A stretch of 32,000 bases of DNA from Nostoc sp. PCC 7120 = FACHB-418. Lineage in GTDB: Bacteria; Cyanobacteriota; Cyanobacteriia; Cyanobacteriales; Nostocaceae. The translations under genes were made by a program, and so were the position numbers. The stretch lies in the NCBI RefSeq assembly GCF_000009705.1, contig NC_003272.1, positions 3,630,001 to 3,662,000 on the forward strand, read 5' to 3'. Positions 9,854-18,602 of the stretch are shown one piece after another (position 1 is the first letter of the stretch; each line of letters opens with the position of its first letter). The notes under the pieces are model-generated. The model worked only from the letters and a program-made list of their open reading frames with translations, was not told the origin of the DNA and searched no databases.

Positions 9854-11248
9854 CTATTTAAGTCTTTCTGGTAAACAATCTTGCCGAATTAAGTCTTGAT
9901 AAGTTTCGCGTTGCAAAATTAAGTTTGCTTCGCCATTTGCCACTACAACTGCTGCCGGTCGGGGTAGGCGGTTATAGTTAGAGGCCATACTGTAATTGTA
10001 CGCACCAGTTGCCATAACTACGAGAATATCGCCTGGTTCAGTTTTTGGTAGTTGGGCATTTTTAATCAGAATATCCCCTGATTCGCAATGCTTACCCGCA
10101 ATAGTAACTGTTTCTGTATGGGGGGCAGATAATTTATTGGCAATTACTGCCCGATAAACTGACTGGTAAGTAATTGGGCGTGGATTATCAGACATACCCC
10201 CGTCTATGGAAACGTAGGTACGGATTTCCGGTATTGTTTTAGATGAGCCAACAGTGTATGCGGTGATGCAGCTGGTAGCAATGAGCGATCGCCCTGGTTC
10301 AGATAATAGCTTTGGTAAAGGCAAGTTTTCGGCTGCACAAGCTGCTTGCACTACTTCACAAATCGCCTTCACCCACTCATCAATGCTTGGTGGATCGTCT
10401 GATTCTACATATTTAATTCCCAAACCGCCACCAACATTTAATTCGGTGACATTCAAACCATATTTATTCGCATCCCTTAACCACTGCACCATGACAGCAG
10501 CTAAATCTCGATGGGGTTGGCGCTCAAAAATTTGCGAGCCAATATGAGCGTGTAATCCTACGCAGTTGAGATTTGGTTGCTGGCTAACAAACTCAAAAAC
10601 CTCAGCCAAATCGTTGGGGTCAAAGCCAAATTTACTATCCAGGTGTCCTGTGCGAATGTATTCGTGAGTATGACATTCTATACCAGGAGTTAAGCGCAAC
10701 ATGAGCCGGATTGGCTCTTCTGAGTCGGCTAAACTCGCCAATATACGCAATTCATACCAATTATCTGCAACGATTGTTACACCAGATTCAATTGCTAAAA
10801 CCAGTTCCTCACGAGATTTATTATTCCCGTGGAGGTAGATTTTAGCGGGACTCACACCAGCAGCTAGAGCAGTGTAGAGTTCGCCTCCCGAAACTACGTC
10901 AATTCCTAAACCTTCTGAGGCTGCGATCGCACAAACAGCTAAACAATTCCATGCTTTAGAGGCATACAATACCTGAGATTCTCCAGGATAATATTTTTGG
11001 AAACCATCCCGGTATTGCTGACAAGCTGTGCGTAGGGTTTCTTCATCTAATATATATAGAGGTGAACCAAACTGCTCAACTAGAGTTGTGACATCACACC
11101 CACCAATTTCCAGGTTTCCTTGACTGTTAGCTTTAGCAGTTAGAGGTAAAAGTTCCTGGTTGGGAGAAATATTTGTATTTGTGTTGCGCCTTTGAGGTAG
11201 ATACTGAGTACCAGCATCTTGAACCCCAGCCGGGTGAGTCGATACCAT
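9854..11248 (-). CDS. lysA: Diaminopimelate decarboxylase
   Basis: 464 aa. Typical PLP-dependent Orn/DAP/Arg decarboxylase layout (YASKAW, HAHIGSQI, EPGRSL, CESGD). Confidence 0.95.
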   Translation of the reverse strand: MVSTHPAGVQDAGTQYLPQRRNTNTNISPNQELLPLTAKANSQGNLEIGGCDVTTLVEQFGSPLYILDEETLRTACQQYRDGFQKYYPGESQVLYASKAWNCLAVCAIAASEGLGIDVVSGGELYTALAAGVSPAKIYLHGNNKSREELVLAIESGVTIVADNWYELRILASLADSEEPIRLMLRLTPGIECHTHEYIRTGHLDSKFGFDPNDLAEVFEFVSQQPNLNCVGLHAHIGSQIFERQPHRDLAAVMVQWLRDANKYGLNVTELNVGGGLGIKYVESDDPPSIDEWVKAICEVVQAACAAENLPLPKLLSEPGRSLIATSCITAYTVGSSKTIPEIRTYVSIDGGMSDNPRPITYQSVYRAVIANKLSAPHTETVTIAGKHCESGDILIKNAQLPKTEPGDILVVMATGAYNYSMASNYNRLPRPAAVVVANGEANLILQRETYQDLIRQDCLPERLK

Positions 11249-11340
11249 AACTATATAAATTGTCCTTGTTCAAATTACGGGCGTGAATTAACTGTCCCGA
11301 TCCCAGTTTACAAAGGGTTTGTAATCTTATCCAAATAAAA

Positions 11341-11889
11341 GTGATCTCATCAAAATTAAAACTTCAATCACTCACCTCAAAGGATTTAAGTGCAATCCTC
11401 GAACTAGATCAAGCCTGTTTTGGTGGACTTTGGACTATGGAGGGCTACCAAAGAGAGTTGGATAGTCCCAACAGCGATCTACTCGGTCTATTTTCCCCCA
11501 CTTCCTCCATCAAACTTTTGGGTATGGGGTGTTTTTGGTCAATTGTCGGAGAAGCCCACATCACAATTTTGGCTGTTCATCCCCAATATCACCGTCAAGC
11601 TTTAGGACAGGCTTTATTATATTTTCTCTTGAGAACAGCTAGCGATCGCGGCTTAGAAAGAGCCACCCTCGAAGTCCGAGCCTCGAACCTAGCCGCAATA
11701 TCTTTATACCAAAAGTTTGGGTTCCAAACAGCAGGAAGGCGGCGTGCTTATTACCAAGATAATGGTGAAGATGCCCTCATACTCTGGCTTCCAGACTTGC
11801 AATATCCCCAATTTCAAAAGACATTGGCGCACTGGGAAACCATTATCCGAGATGACCTGCAAAAATATTCTTGGTCATTGGTCAGTTGA
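11341..11889 (+). CDS. rimI: GNAT acetyltransferase, ribosomal-protein-alanine N-acetyltransferase type
   Basis: 182 aa with GTG start. GNAT motif A region QYHRQALGQALL...ATLEVRASNLAAISLYQKFGF. The last codons are built from STRR heptamers. Confidence 0.7.
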   Translation: MISSKLKLQSLTSKDLSAILELDQACFGGLWTMEGYQRELDSPNSDLLGLFSPTSSIKLLGMGCFWSIVGEAHITILAVHPQYHRQALGQALLYFLLRTASDRGLERATLEVRASNLAAISLYQKFGFQTAGRRRAYYQDNGEDALILWLPDLQYPQFQKTLAHWETIIRDDLQKYSWSLVS

Positions 11890-11905
11890 CAGTTGTCAGT
11901 TGCCA
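11871..11905. repeat. STRR2-type heptamer tandem repeat (TTGGTCA/GTTGTCA, 5 units)
   Basis: ttggtca ttggtca gttgaca gttgtca gttgcca. The block spans the rimI stop codon (tga at 11887-11889). Confidence 0.85.
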
Positions 11906-12391
11906 TGGGTCAATAGTAATTCTTCTTTGCTCCCCCTGCCCCCTCTGCTCTTCTTACTCCTCCTCCCAAATACACACCCCGACCTAGTTGTCGATATGGA
12001 AAACAACTAAGTTAATGAGAAAATATCTATTTTTCCTGAAATCAAATCATCAGAATATTTAATAGAAGAATATTCTTGCTTTTGAATAACATATCTAACT
12101 AGAGATACTCTTGATTAGAGTAGCCTATCTGTGCTAATAATAAATATTTGTGATCGTTTAATAAAATCACAAATTTAATAATCGTTTGTATTTTATTCAA
12201 GCCCAAAAATGCTGATAAACTCAAACTCCTCAGTAAAGTTGGCAGGGCGACAGTAATAAACAAATAATAATCAAGCCATCAACTTGTGTGATAGCTGTTG
12301 GATGCTGATTATCTTTGGATACAGACATCCAAACTCTTAGCCTGTGCTAAAATCAGCGTACCGGCACGACGCAGGTGATGGGAAAAATGCC

Positions 12392-14863
12392 ATGTTTGAA
12401 CGCTTCACAGAAAAAGCCATTAAGGTAATCATGCTGGCCCAAGAAGAGGCCCGCCGTTTAGGTCACAACTTCGTCGGAACCGAACAGATCCTCTTGGGTC
12501 TGATCGGGGAAGGTACGGGAGTTGCGGCCAAGGTGCTGAAATCGATGGGTGTCAATCTCAAAGATGCCCGCATTGAGGTAGAAAAAATCATAGGCCGGGG
12601 TTCAGGCTTTGTGGCCGTGGAAATTCCGTTTACGCCACGGGCAAAGCGGGTTCTGGAACTATCCCTAGAAGAAGCGCGCCAATTAGGCCATAACTACATT
12701 GGCACCGAGCATCTGCTGTTGGGCCTGATCCGGGAAGGGGAAGGTGTGGCAGCCAGGGTGCTAGAAAACCTGGGGGTGGATCTATCTAAAGTTAGAACTC
12801 AAGTCATCCGAATGCTGGGAGAAACAGCAGAGGTTTCGGCGACCGGGCAATCGGGACGCACCAAAACACCTACTTTGGATGAATTCGGATCGAACCTGAC
12901 CCAAATGGCAACTGATAACAAGCTTGATCCTGTGGTGGGACGCGCCAAGGAAATCGAGCGAGTGATTCAGATTTTGGGTCGCCGGACAAAAAATAACCCC
13001 GTATTGATTGGTGAACCTGGGGTTGGTAAAACCGCGATCGCCGAAGGTCTAGCATCACGCATTGCTAACAAAGATGTCCCCGACATCCTTGAAGATAAGC
13101 GTGTTGTCACTCTAGATATCGGTCTACTGGTCGCAGGCACCAAGTACCGGGGTGAATTTGAAGAACGCTTGAAGAAAATCATGGATGAGATTCGTCAAGC
13201 GGGTAATGTAATACTTGTAATAGACGAAGTACACACCCTCATCGGTGCAGGTGCTGCCGAAGGTGCGATTGATGCGGCAAATATCCTCAAGCCAGCCTTG
13301 GCAAGAGGTGAATTGCAATGTATCGGTGCGACAACCTTAGATGAGTACCGCAAGCACATCGAACGGGACGCAGCGCTAGAACGCCGCTTCCAGCCAGTGA
13401 TGGTCGGTGAACCCTCCGTCGATGAAACAATAGAAATTTTATATGGTTTGCGCGATCGCTACGAGCAACACCACAAGCTGAAAATCTCCGATGAAGCTTT
13501 AGTCGCGGCGGCGAAATTATCTGATCGTTATATTAGCGATCGCTATCTGCCAGACAAAGCCATCGACTTGGTTGACGAAGCTGGTTCGCGCGTGCGGTTG
13601 ATGAACTCTCAGCTGCCCCCCGCAGCCAAAGAGTTAGATAAAGAACTGCGCCAAATCTTAAAAGAAAAAGATGATGCAGTCCGTTCCCAAGACTTTGACA
13701 GAGCTGGGGAACTGCGCGATCGGGAAATGGAAATCAAAGCCGAAATCCGCGCGATCGCCCAAAGCAAGACCAATGCTTCTGGTACCGAAGGTCAAGAACC
13801 TGTAGTTACAGAAGAAGACATTGCTCACATCGTGGCTTCGTGGACAGGCGTTCCCGTCAACAAGCTCACCGAATCTGAATCCGAAAAGCTGCTGCACATG
13901 GAAGATACCTTGCACCAGCGCTTAATCGGACAAGAAGATGCGGTAAAAGCAGTTTCACGGGCAATTCGTCGCGCTCGTGTCGGTTTGAAAAATCCCAACC
14001 GACCCATTGCTAGCTTTGTCTTCTCTGGGCCGACTGGTGTTGGTAAAACCGAGTTGGCGAAATCCTTGGCTTCCTACTTCTTCGGTTCCGAAGAAGCAAT
14101 GATTCGCTTGGATATGTCCGAGTACATGGAACGCCACACCGTCAGCAAGTTGATTGGTTCACCTCCTGGTTATGTTGGTTATAACGAAGGTGGTCAATTA
14201 ACCGAAGCTGTGCGCCGTCGTCCTTACACAGTGGTGCTGTTCGACGAAATCGAAAAAGCCCACCCCGATGTCTTCAATATGCTGCTGCAAATTTTAGAAG
14301 ATGGTCGGTTAACAGATGCGAAAGGACGCACCGTAGACTTCAAGAACACCTTGCTGATTTTGACATCCAACATCGGTTCCAAGGTAATTGAAAAAGGTGG
14401 TGGTGGTATCGGCTTCGAGTTCTCCGAAGATCAAACCGAAACACAATACAACCGCATTCGCTCCTTGGTGAACGAAGAACTGAAGCAATACTTCCGTCCT
14501 GAGTTCCTCAACCGTCTAGACGAGATTATCGTCTTCCGTCAGTTGAGCAAGCTAGAAGTTACCGAAATTGCGGACATTATGCTCAAAGAAGTGTTTGGTC
14601 GCCTCACCGAAAAAGGTATCACTTTAGAAGTAAGCGATCGCTTCAAAGGACGACTCATCGAAGAAGGTTACAGTCCGAGCTACGGTGCAAGACCGTTACG
14701 TCGGGCAATTATGCGCTTGTTAGAAGATAGCCTAGCAGAAGAAATTCTGTCAGGTCGCATCAAAGATGGCGATGTCGCCCTCATTGATATTGATGAAAAC
14801 GGCAATGTGCAAGTTACTTCTCAACAACGCCGGGAATTATTACCCCAAGGTGTTGAGTCATAG
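12392..14863 (+). CDS. clpC: ATP-dependent Clp protease ATP-binding subunit ClpC
   Basis: The track ORF starts at GTG 12344, but the canonical N-terminus [12 protein letters not shown] begins at ATG 12392. Two Clp-N repeats, two AAA+ modules ([16 protein letters not shown]) and a UVR-like linker. Confidence 0.95.
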   Translation: MFERFTEKAIKVIMLAQEEARRLGHNFVGTEQILLGLIGEGTGVAAKVLKSMGVNLKDARIEVEKIIGRGSGFVAVEIPFTPRAKRVLELSLEEARQLGHNYIGTEHLLLGLIREGEGVAARVLENLGVDLSKVRTQVIRMLGETAEVSATGQSGRTKTPTLDEFGSNLTQMATDNKLDPVVGRAKEIERVIQILGRRTKNNPVLIGEPGVGKTAIAEGLASRIANKDVPDILEDKRVVTLDIGLLVAGTKYRGEFEERLKKIMDEIRQAGNVILVIDEVHTLIGAGAAEGAIDAANILKPALARGELQCIGATTLDEYRKHIERDAALERRFQPVMVGEPSVDETIEILYGLRDRYEQHHKLKISDEALVAAAKLSDRYISDRYLPDKAIDLVDEAGSRVRLMNSQLPPAAKELDKELRQILKEKDDAVRSQDFDRAGELRDREMEIKAEIRAIAQSKTNASGTEGQEPVVTEEDIAHIVASWTGVPVNKLTESESEKLLHMEDTLHQRLIGQEDAVKAVSRAIRRARVGLKNPNRPIASFVFSGPTGVGKTELAKSLASYFFGSEEAMIRLDMSEYMERHTVSKLIGSPPGYVGYNEGGQLTEAVRRRPYTVVLFDEIEKAHPDVFNMLLQILEDGRLTDAKGRTVDFKNTLLILTSNIGSKVIEKGGGGIGFEFSEDQTETQYNRIRSLVNEELKQYFRPEFLNRLDEIIVFRQLSKLEVTEIADIMLKEVFGRLTEKGITLEVSDRFKGRLIEEGYSPSYGARPLRRAIMRLLEDSLAEEILSGRIKDGDVALIDIDENGNVQVTSQQRRELLPQGVES

Positions 14864-14903
14864 TTAAAGTTTGGGATTTGATTCTCAAATAAAAATTAGC
14901 AAG

Positions 14904-14941
14904 CGGTAGAGCAATTAACGTTCTACCGTTTTTCTTTTTTT
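14904..14941 (+). terminator. Rho-independent terminator after clpC
   Basis: cggtaga-N11-tctaccg perfect 7-bp stem followed by tttttcttttttt. Lies between the convergent 3' ends of clpC and the 14951-16087 gene. Confidence 0.8.
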
Positions 14942-14950
14942 GATCAGCCA

Positions 14951-16087
14951 CTATGACTCATATACATCCACTGATTTTGACTGCTTTAAACTATTTTGAG
15001 TTAGATATTTAGCTCTATCCTTTAGAATTTCTACTAATCCATAAATTTCGTCTAGATTTGAAATGGATTTTTTAGCTTCTTTACCATCCACATCAATAAT
15101 GCCGATATATTTTTTACTTGACTTAAACCAAAGTCGGCAAACAGTTTTGGATACCTTATTCTCCATGTTAATGCCAAAATAGTTTTTTGTAGCTCTAAAT
15201 TGAAGTTGGCTAATATCAATAACTTCTCGTAAGATAGCCTTAATAATTAAAAACCCTTCCGTTTCTTCTTCTGTTATAGAAATTTCATTCTCAGATGAGG
15301 AAGAATCTGCTTCTATGTCTACTTCGGTGTCTTGAATAGAAGTAGATTGTGCGCCTGAAGTTATAGTGTCAGGAAGATCAATAGCTGATTTTAATCTATC
15401 TGTGATTCTGTCATTAATAAATTCCTTGAGAGAACGCTTTGTAATTTCTGTAAATTTATTTGTGACTGATACAGTTAATTTTCCTGTATATACTTGGCTG
15501 GCGAAAAATTTAACAAATTCCGGTGACGGTTCAGTAAGCTGTTCTGCCATAAGGCGTTTAATCTCTTTTGTGTAAAGAAGGTTTTTGGCAAAATCTGCCA
15601 TTTGCTCAGGATTAAAGGCTATTTTAGAAAATCGTTTAAGCTCATTCACCATAGATTCATTAAAATCCATCATGTTGAACTCAAAGAATGGTTTCTCATC
15701 CATAACATTAGTTTTCTCTGTATCAGTGTAAAACCTATAGAGAATACCATTAGTTAAGATACCAAACTTAGCTTCTGTAGCATGAAAGTATCTATGTAAT
15801 TGTGAGCTATGTTTTGGATGTTCTAGACTCGCTCCACACCATTTACATTCAATAAGAATGATAGGAACACCATTCATATTAATTGCATAATCTACTTTTT
15901 CTCCTTTTAAACCAGGTACATCAGCCGTAAACTCAGGGCATACTTCTGTTGGATTAAAAACGTTATACCCTAGTGCATTAATAAAAGGCATTACAAAAGC
16001 GTTTTTGGTAGCTTCTTCAGTCAAGACTTGCTCTTTTAGTTTTGGAATTTGCTGAGAAACAGCTTTTATTTGATCAATAAAATCCAT
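14951..16087 (-). CDS. HsdR_N / COG4748-type PD-(D/E)XK nuclease-domain protein (solitary, no adjacent methylase or specificity gene)
   Basis: 378 aa. N-terminal region with D66...E80-C-K82 (VDYAI...ILIECKW) and FGILTNG, as in type I restriction HsdR N-terminal-like domains. C-terminal EGFLIIKAILRE...YFGI...CRLWF module. Strongly AT-rich compared with clpC. Confidence 0.65.
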   Translation of the reverse strand: MDFIDQIKAVSQQIPKLKEQVLTEEATKNAFVMPFINALGYNVFNPTEVCPEFTADVPGLKGEKVDYAINMNGVPIILIECKWCGASLEHPKHSSQLHRYFHATEAKFGILTNGILYRFYTDTEKTNVMDEKPFFEFNMMDFNESMVNELKRFSKIAFNPEQMADFAKNLLYTKEIKRLMAEQLTEPSPEFVKFFASQVYTGKLTVSVTNKFTEITKRSLKEFINDRITDRLKSAIDLPDTITSGAQSTSIQDTEVDIEADSSSSENEISITEEETEGFLIIKAILREVIDISQLQFRATKNYFGINMENKVSKTVCRLWFKSSKKYIGIIDVDGKEAKKSISNLDEIYGLVEILKDRAKYLTQNSLKQSKSVDVYES

Positions 16088-16361
16088 AGTTTTTAGTAGA
16101 TGAAACTAGTTAAAAGGCGAATGCAAGTAACCTATTTTTAATAGCTAAATAACTAAGTAAATTTGCATCCTAAATTACATCATCACCGTAATATTATCTC
16201 TGTGCCACCGAGTTATTACTGTTCTTACACGAAGGTTTTTCTGACAAAAATTTGGTAAAATTACTTACAGAAATAAAACTTATTATTATCCTGTTCAAGA
16301 GTATGAGCTTTTAGTAAAAAATTTTAAGTTGCCTAATCGCAATCTTAAGGACATAAAAACA

Positions 16362-16529
16362 ATGTTGAATTTAGACCTGATTCGGGACACTAAAGTTTAT
16401 CAAGAAGCATTTGAAGAAGGGAAACTACAGGCTAAGTTGAAAATAGTACCAATTTTGCTGGAATTAGGATTAAGTATTCAGCAAATAGCGGAAAGATTAA
16501 AAATAGATACAGATGTAGTCAGAGAATGA
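16362..16529 (+). CDS. Mini-protein resembling the C-terminal helical/HTH tail of Rpn/DUF4351-type proteins
   Basis: ATG at 16362 (the track uses TTG 16329). TKVYQEAFEEGKLQ parallels SPWYQEILREGEARG in the 6103-6972 protein. Followed by the HTH-like LGLSIQQIAERLKID. Confidence 0.4.
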   Translation: MLNLDLIRDTKVYQEAFEEGKLQAKLKIVPILLELGLSIQQIAERLKIDTDVVRE

Positions 16530-16551
16530 GCAAGGCGCTAGTATTTTTTAG

Positions 16552-16779
16552 ATGACTAATAACTGGGAATTTACAGAAGTATTGATTGATCTGATGTTAT
16601 CGCCTCCATACATTCTTGTATTACTATGCGACAGTGAGGGAAACTGTCAAATGTATGATCCGAAACAGGGTGATAAGGTTGTATTTTCTAGTAATAATTA
16701 TGAAGCTGCTAAGTTATGGTTACTAGAAGATGAGTATGAACAAGTTGAAGGTAGGCTATTAGTTACGGAATTATTTTAA
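16552..16779 (+). CDS. Hypothetical 75-aa protein, second gene of a small pair
   Basis: ATG 22 nt after the preceding stop, same strand. No recognisable motif. Confidence 0.4.
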   Translation: MTNNWEFTEVLIDLMLSPPYILVLLCDSEGNCQMYDPKQGDKVVFSSNNYEAAKLWLLEDEYEQVEGRLLVTELF

Positions 16780-16831
16780 CTGGAGCAATGGATTATGGTG
16801 TGCGATCGCTTTTAGGGTAGCTGACTGTAGA

Positions 16832-16915
16832 TATCGCTGTTAGTGGAGTAGTGCGATCGCACGAAAAATTTTGATACGCTACGATCAACACAAGTCGGCA
16901 ATTACTGTTAATTTA
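16832..16915 (+). repeat. 84-bp cassette-boundary repeat, copy A
   Basis: tatcgctgttagtggagtagtgcgatcgcacgaaaaattttgatacgctacgatcaacacaagtcggcaattactgttaattta. Ungapped alignment to copies B and C gives 5 and 8 mismatches by hand. Confidence 0.9.
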
Positions 16916-16955
16916 AAAAGTAGCAATAATTTCCAAAAATGAGGTCAGATAAATT

Positions 16956-17273
16956 ATGACTAATACAAAACCTGTTCGTCTTCGTCAACTAGGGAGAATA
17001 TTTCCAGAATTTACAATTCCACCGGAAGAATTAGCTAGACGGGAAGCTGAAAAAAATACTCGTGGACAAAAAGCGCGTGTTGTTTTTGATCAAGTTTTTC
17101 CACAATTAATAGATGAACATTACAACTGGTTTATTGTGATTGAACCAAACAGTGGTGATTATTTTATTGATACAGATGAAAATATGGCTGACAAAAAAGC
17201 ACGCCAAAAATATCCTACTGGTTGGCTTGTTACTTTCCGTCTCAATGAAACAGGTACTTGTGGACGGATATGA
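16956..17273 (+). CDS. Hypothetical 105-aa protein, translationally coupled upstream partner of the retropepsin-like gene
   Basis: ATG 16956 with GAGG upstream. The stop TGA overlaps the ATG of the next gene (ATGA at 17270-17273). Contains WFIVIEPNSGDYFIDTDENMADKKARQKYP. Confidence 0.55.
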   Translation: MTNTKPVRLRQLGRIFPEFTIPPEELARREAEKNTRGQKARVVFDQVFPQLIDEHYNWFIVIEPNSGDYFIDTDENMADKKARQKYPTGWLVTFRLNETGTCGRI

Positions 17274-17638
17274 TTTCAGGGAGGTTTGGTGAAATTGGGG
17301 AGCTAATTTTTGATATGGAGGTTATTTCCAGTGATGGAGATAGTTATCCTATTGAAGTTTTATTAGACACAGGATTTACATCTGGTTGGTTGGCACTTGA
17401 TATACAAGATGCTGAAAGTTTAGGATGGCCATTAATTCAACGCGATAGCATTATGCAAATGGCCAGAGGTGAAGCTTTCTTTAATATATATGAAGGTAAA
17501 GTGGTATTAGATGGACAGGAGTACATTATTTCTGTCTTAGCTGCTGATGGACTACCTGAGCCTCTTTTGGGGTTACAGTGGTTAAAAATGTTGCCTTTAT
17601 CTGTGAATTTTCTCGATGGAATATTAACATTGGGGTGA
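17270..17638 (+). CDS. Retropepsin-like (clan AA) single-domain aspartic protease homolog
   Basis: LLDTGFTSG catalytic-type D-T-G (D33 from ATG 17270) and a late LLGLQWL (hydrophobic-hydrophobic-Gly) motif. About 122 aa, compatible with a homodimeric retropepsin fold. The track start at TTG 17258 is less likely than the ATGA overlap. Confidence 0.65.
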   Translation: MISGRFGEIGELIFDMEVISSDGDSYPIEVLLDTGFTSGWLALDIQDAESLGWPLIQRDSIMQMARGEAFFNIYEGKVVLDGQEYIISVLAADGLPEPLLGLQWLKMLPLSVNFLDGILTLG

Positions 17639-17688
17639 AGATAGGTTAATCAGTTTTGAATAGAGTTTGTGTGTTAGTTAAGTATAGC

Positions 17689-17772
17689 TATCGCTGTTAG
17701 TGGAGTAGTGCGATCGCGCGCGACATTTTGATAAGCTACGATCAACACAAGTCGGCAATTACTGTTAATTTA
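17689..17772 (+). repeat. 84-bp cassette-boundary repeat, copy B
   Basis: tatcgctgttagtggagtagtgcgatcgcgcgcgacattttgataagctacgatcaacacaagtcggcaattactgttaattta. Its last base is the A of the ATG at 17772. Confidence 0.9.
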
Positions 17773-17990
17773 TGGAAACATCAAAATTTACTACTCAGAG
17801 AGATAACACACAACTAGAAACAATAGACATTGCTGTAAAACCTCAAAGCATAAACCGACGCGAGTTTATGAAATTGCCATTAGAAGAAAGGCGGCGCATA
17901 CTAGCAGAACAAGCCGAGCAAATGTTACTACATTACCAACAAGATAAAGAGTGGCAAGAATTAGAGACAGGAGATTTGCTTGATTACTAG
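17772..17990 (+). CDS. Putative antitoxin of the MazF-type toxin (family not recognised)
   Basis: 72-aa acidic ORF overlapping the toxin start by 11 nt. Contains KLPLEERRRILAEQAEQM. An internal ATG (M33) is an alternative start. Confidence 0.55.
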   Translation: METSKFTTQRDNTQLETIDIAVKPQSINRREFMKLPLEERRRILAEQAEQMLLHYQQDKEWQELETGDLLDY

Positions 17991-18342
17991 CTCTCCTACC
18001 GCTAGACGGGGCGATATTTGGCTTGCTAATTTTGACCCAACACTAGGAGCAGAAATCAAAAAAATCAGACCTGCTGTGGTAGTAAGTTCTGATGGTGTTG
18101 GTAAATTGCCAATTAAATTAATTGCGCCTATCACAGATTGGAAAGAATACTATGCTGGTAATATATGGCACGTCAAACTTGAACCAGACACCAGTAATCA
18201 TTTAACCAAAACTTCTGCTGTTGATGTTTTACAATTGCGCGGTATGGATGTGCAAAGATTCATCCGTAAAATAGGGGTTTGTTCGCCTGAAGTCATGGAA
18301 GATATTGCTATGGCTATTGCTGCGATAGTCGAGTATTTCTAA
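17980..18342 (+). CDS. Type II toxin-antitoxin system PemK/MazF-family endoribonuclease toxin
   Basis: 120 aa. RGDIWLANFDPTLGAEIKKIRPAVVVSSD is the classic MazF/PemK N-terminal signature. TTG start. Confidence 0.85.
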   Translation: MITSSPTARRGDIWLANFDPTLGAEIKKIRPAVVVSSDGVGKLPIKLIAPITDWKEYYAGNIWHVKLEPDTSNHLTKTSAVDVLQLRGMDVQRFIRKIGVCSPEVMEDIAMAIAAIVEYF

Positions 18343-18400
18343 TAAATCATTTGATAATCACACAAGCACTAAATTGGCAGCAGTATAAACCCATTGTAGG

Positions 18401-18484
18401 TATCGTTGTTAGTGGGGTAGTGCGATCGCACGCAACATTTTGATAAGCTACGATAAGCACAAGTCGGCGATTACTGTTAATTTA
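18401..18484 (+). repeat. 84-bp cassette-boundary repeat, copy C
   Basis: tatcgttgttagtggggtagtgcgatcgcacgcaacattttgataagctacgataagcacaagtcggcgattactgttaattta. No ORF follows it. Confidence 0.9.
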
Positions 18485-18519
18485 TTGATATTCTCAAACC
18501 TGATGCTATTGCTTTAAGT

Positions 18520-18550
18520 GGTAGAGAATTAATTCTTCCCTACCCTTTTT
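18520..18550 (+). terminator. Rho-independent terminator closing the cassette string
   Basis: ggtagagaa-ttaa-ttcttccctacc stem (one mismatch) followed by cttttt. Confidence 0.6.
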
Positions 18551-18602
18551 GATATTTGTTGAATGTGTGACGCGAAACCTGATTAAGGCGAATTTTGAGT
18601 AT

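Noticed and set aside
11717-12010. 97-aa ORF overlapping the rimI 3' end and extending through the STRR block
   Set aside because: It is out of frame with the well-supported GNAT gene, and its C-terminal half (LLPLPPLLFLLLLP) is a repeat translation.
16211-16230. Possible degenerate fourth copy of the 84-bp repeat (shares attactgtt)
   Set aside because: Only a 9-nt core matches and the flanks do not align. A 9-mer match in a 32-kb window on two strands is not unexpected by chance.
16832-18484. Interpreting the 84-bp repeats as integron attC sites or a CRISPR array
   Set aside because: attC sites need inverted R''/R' (RYYYAAC...GTTRRRY) ends. Here the two ends carry the same-orientation CTGTTA, and I could find no end-to-end complementarity. 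No integron integrase is in the window. For CRISPR, the repeat is too long, there are only three copies, and the spacers are 628-773 bp and protein-coding.
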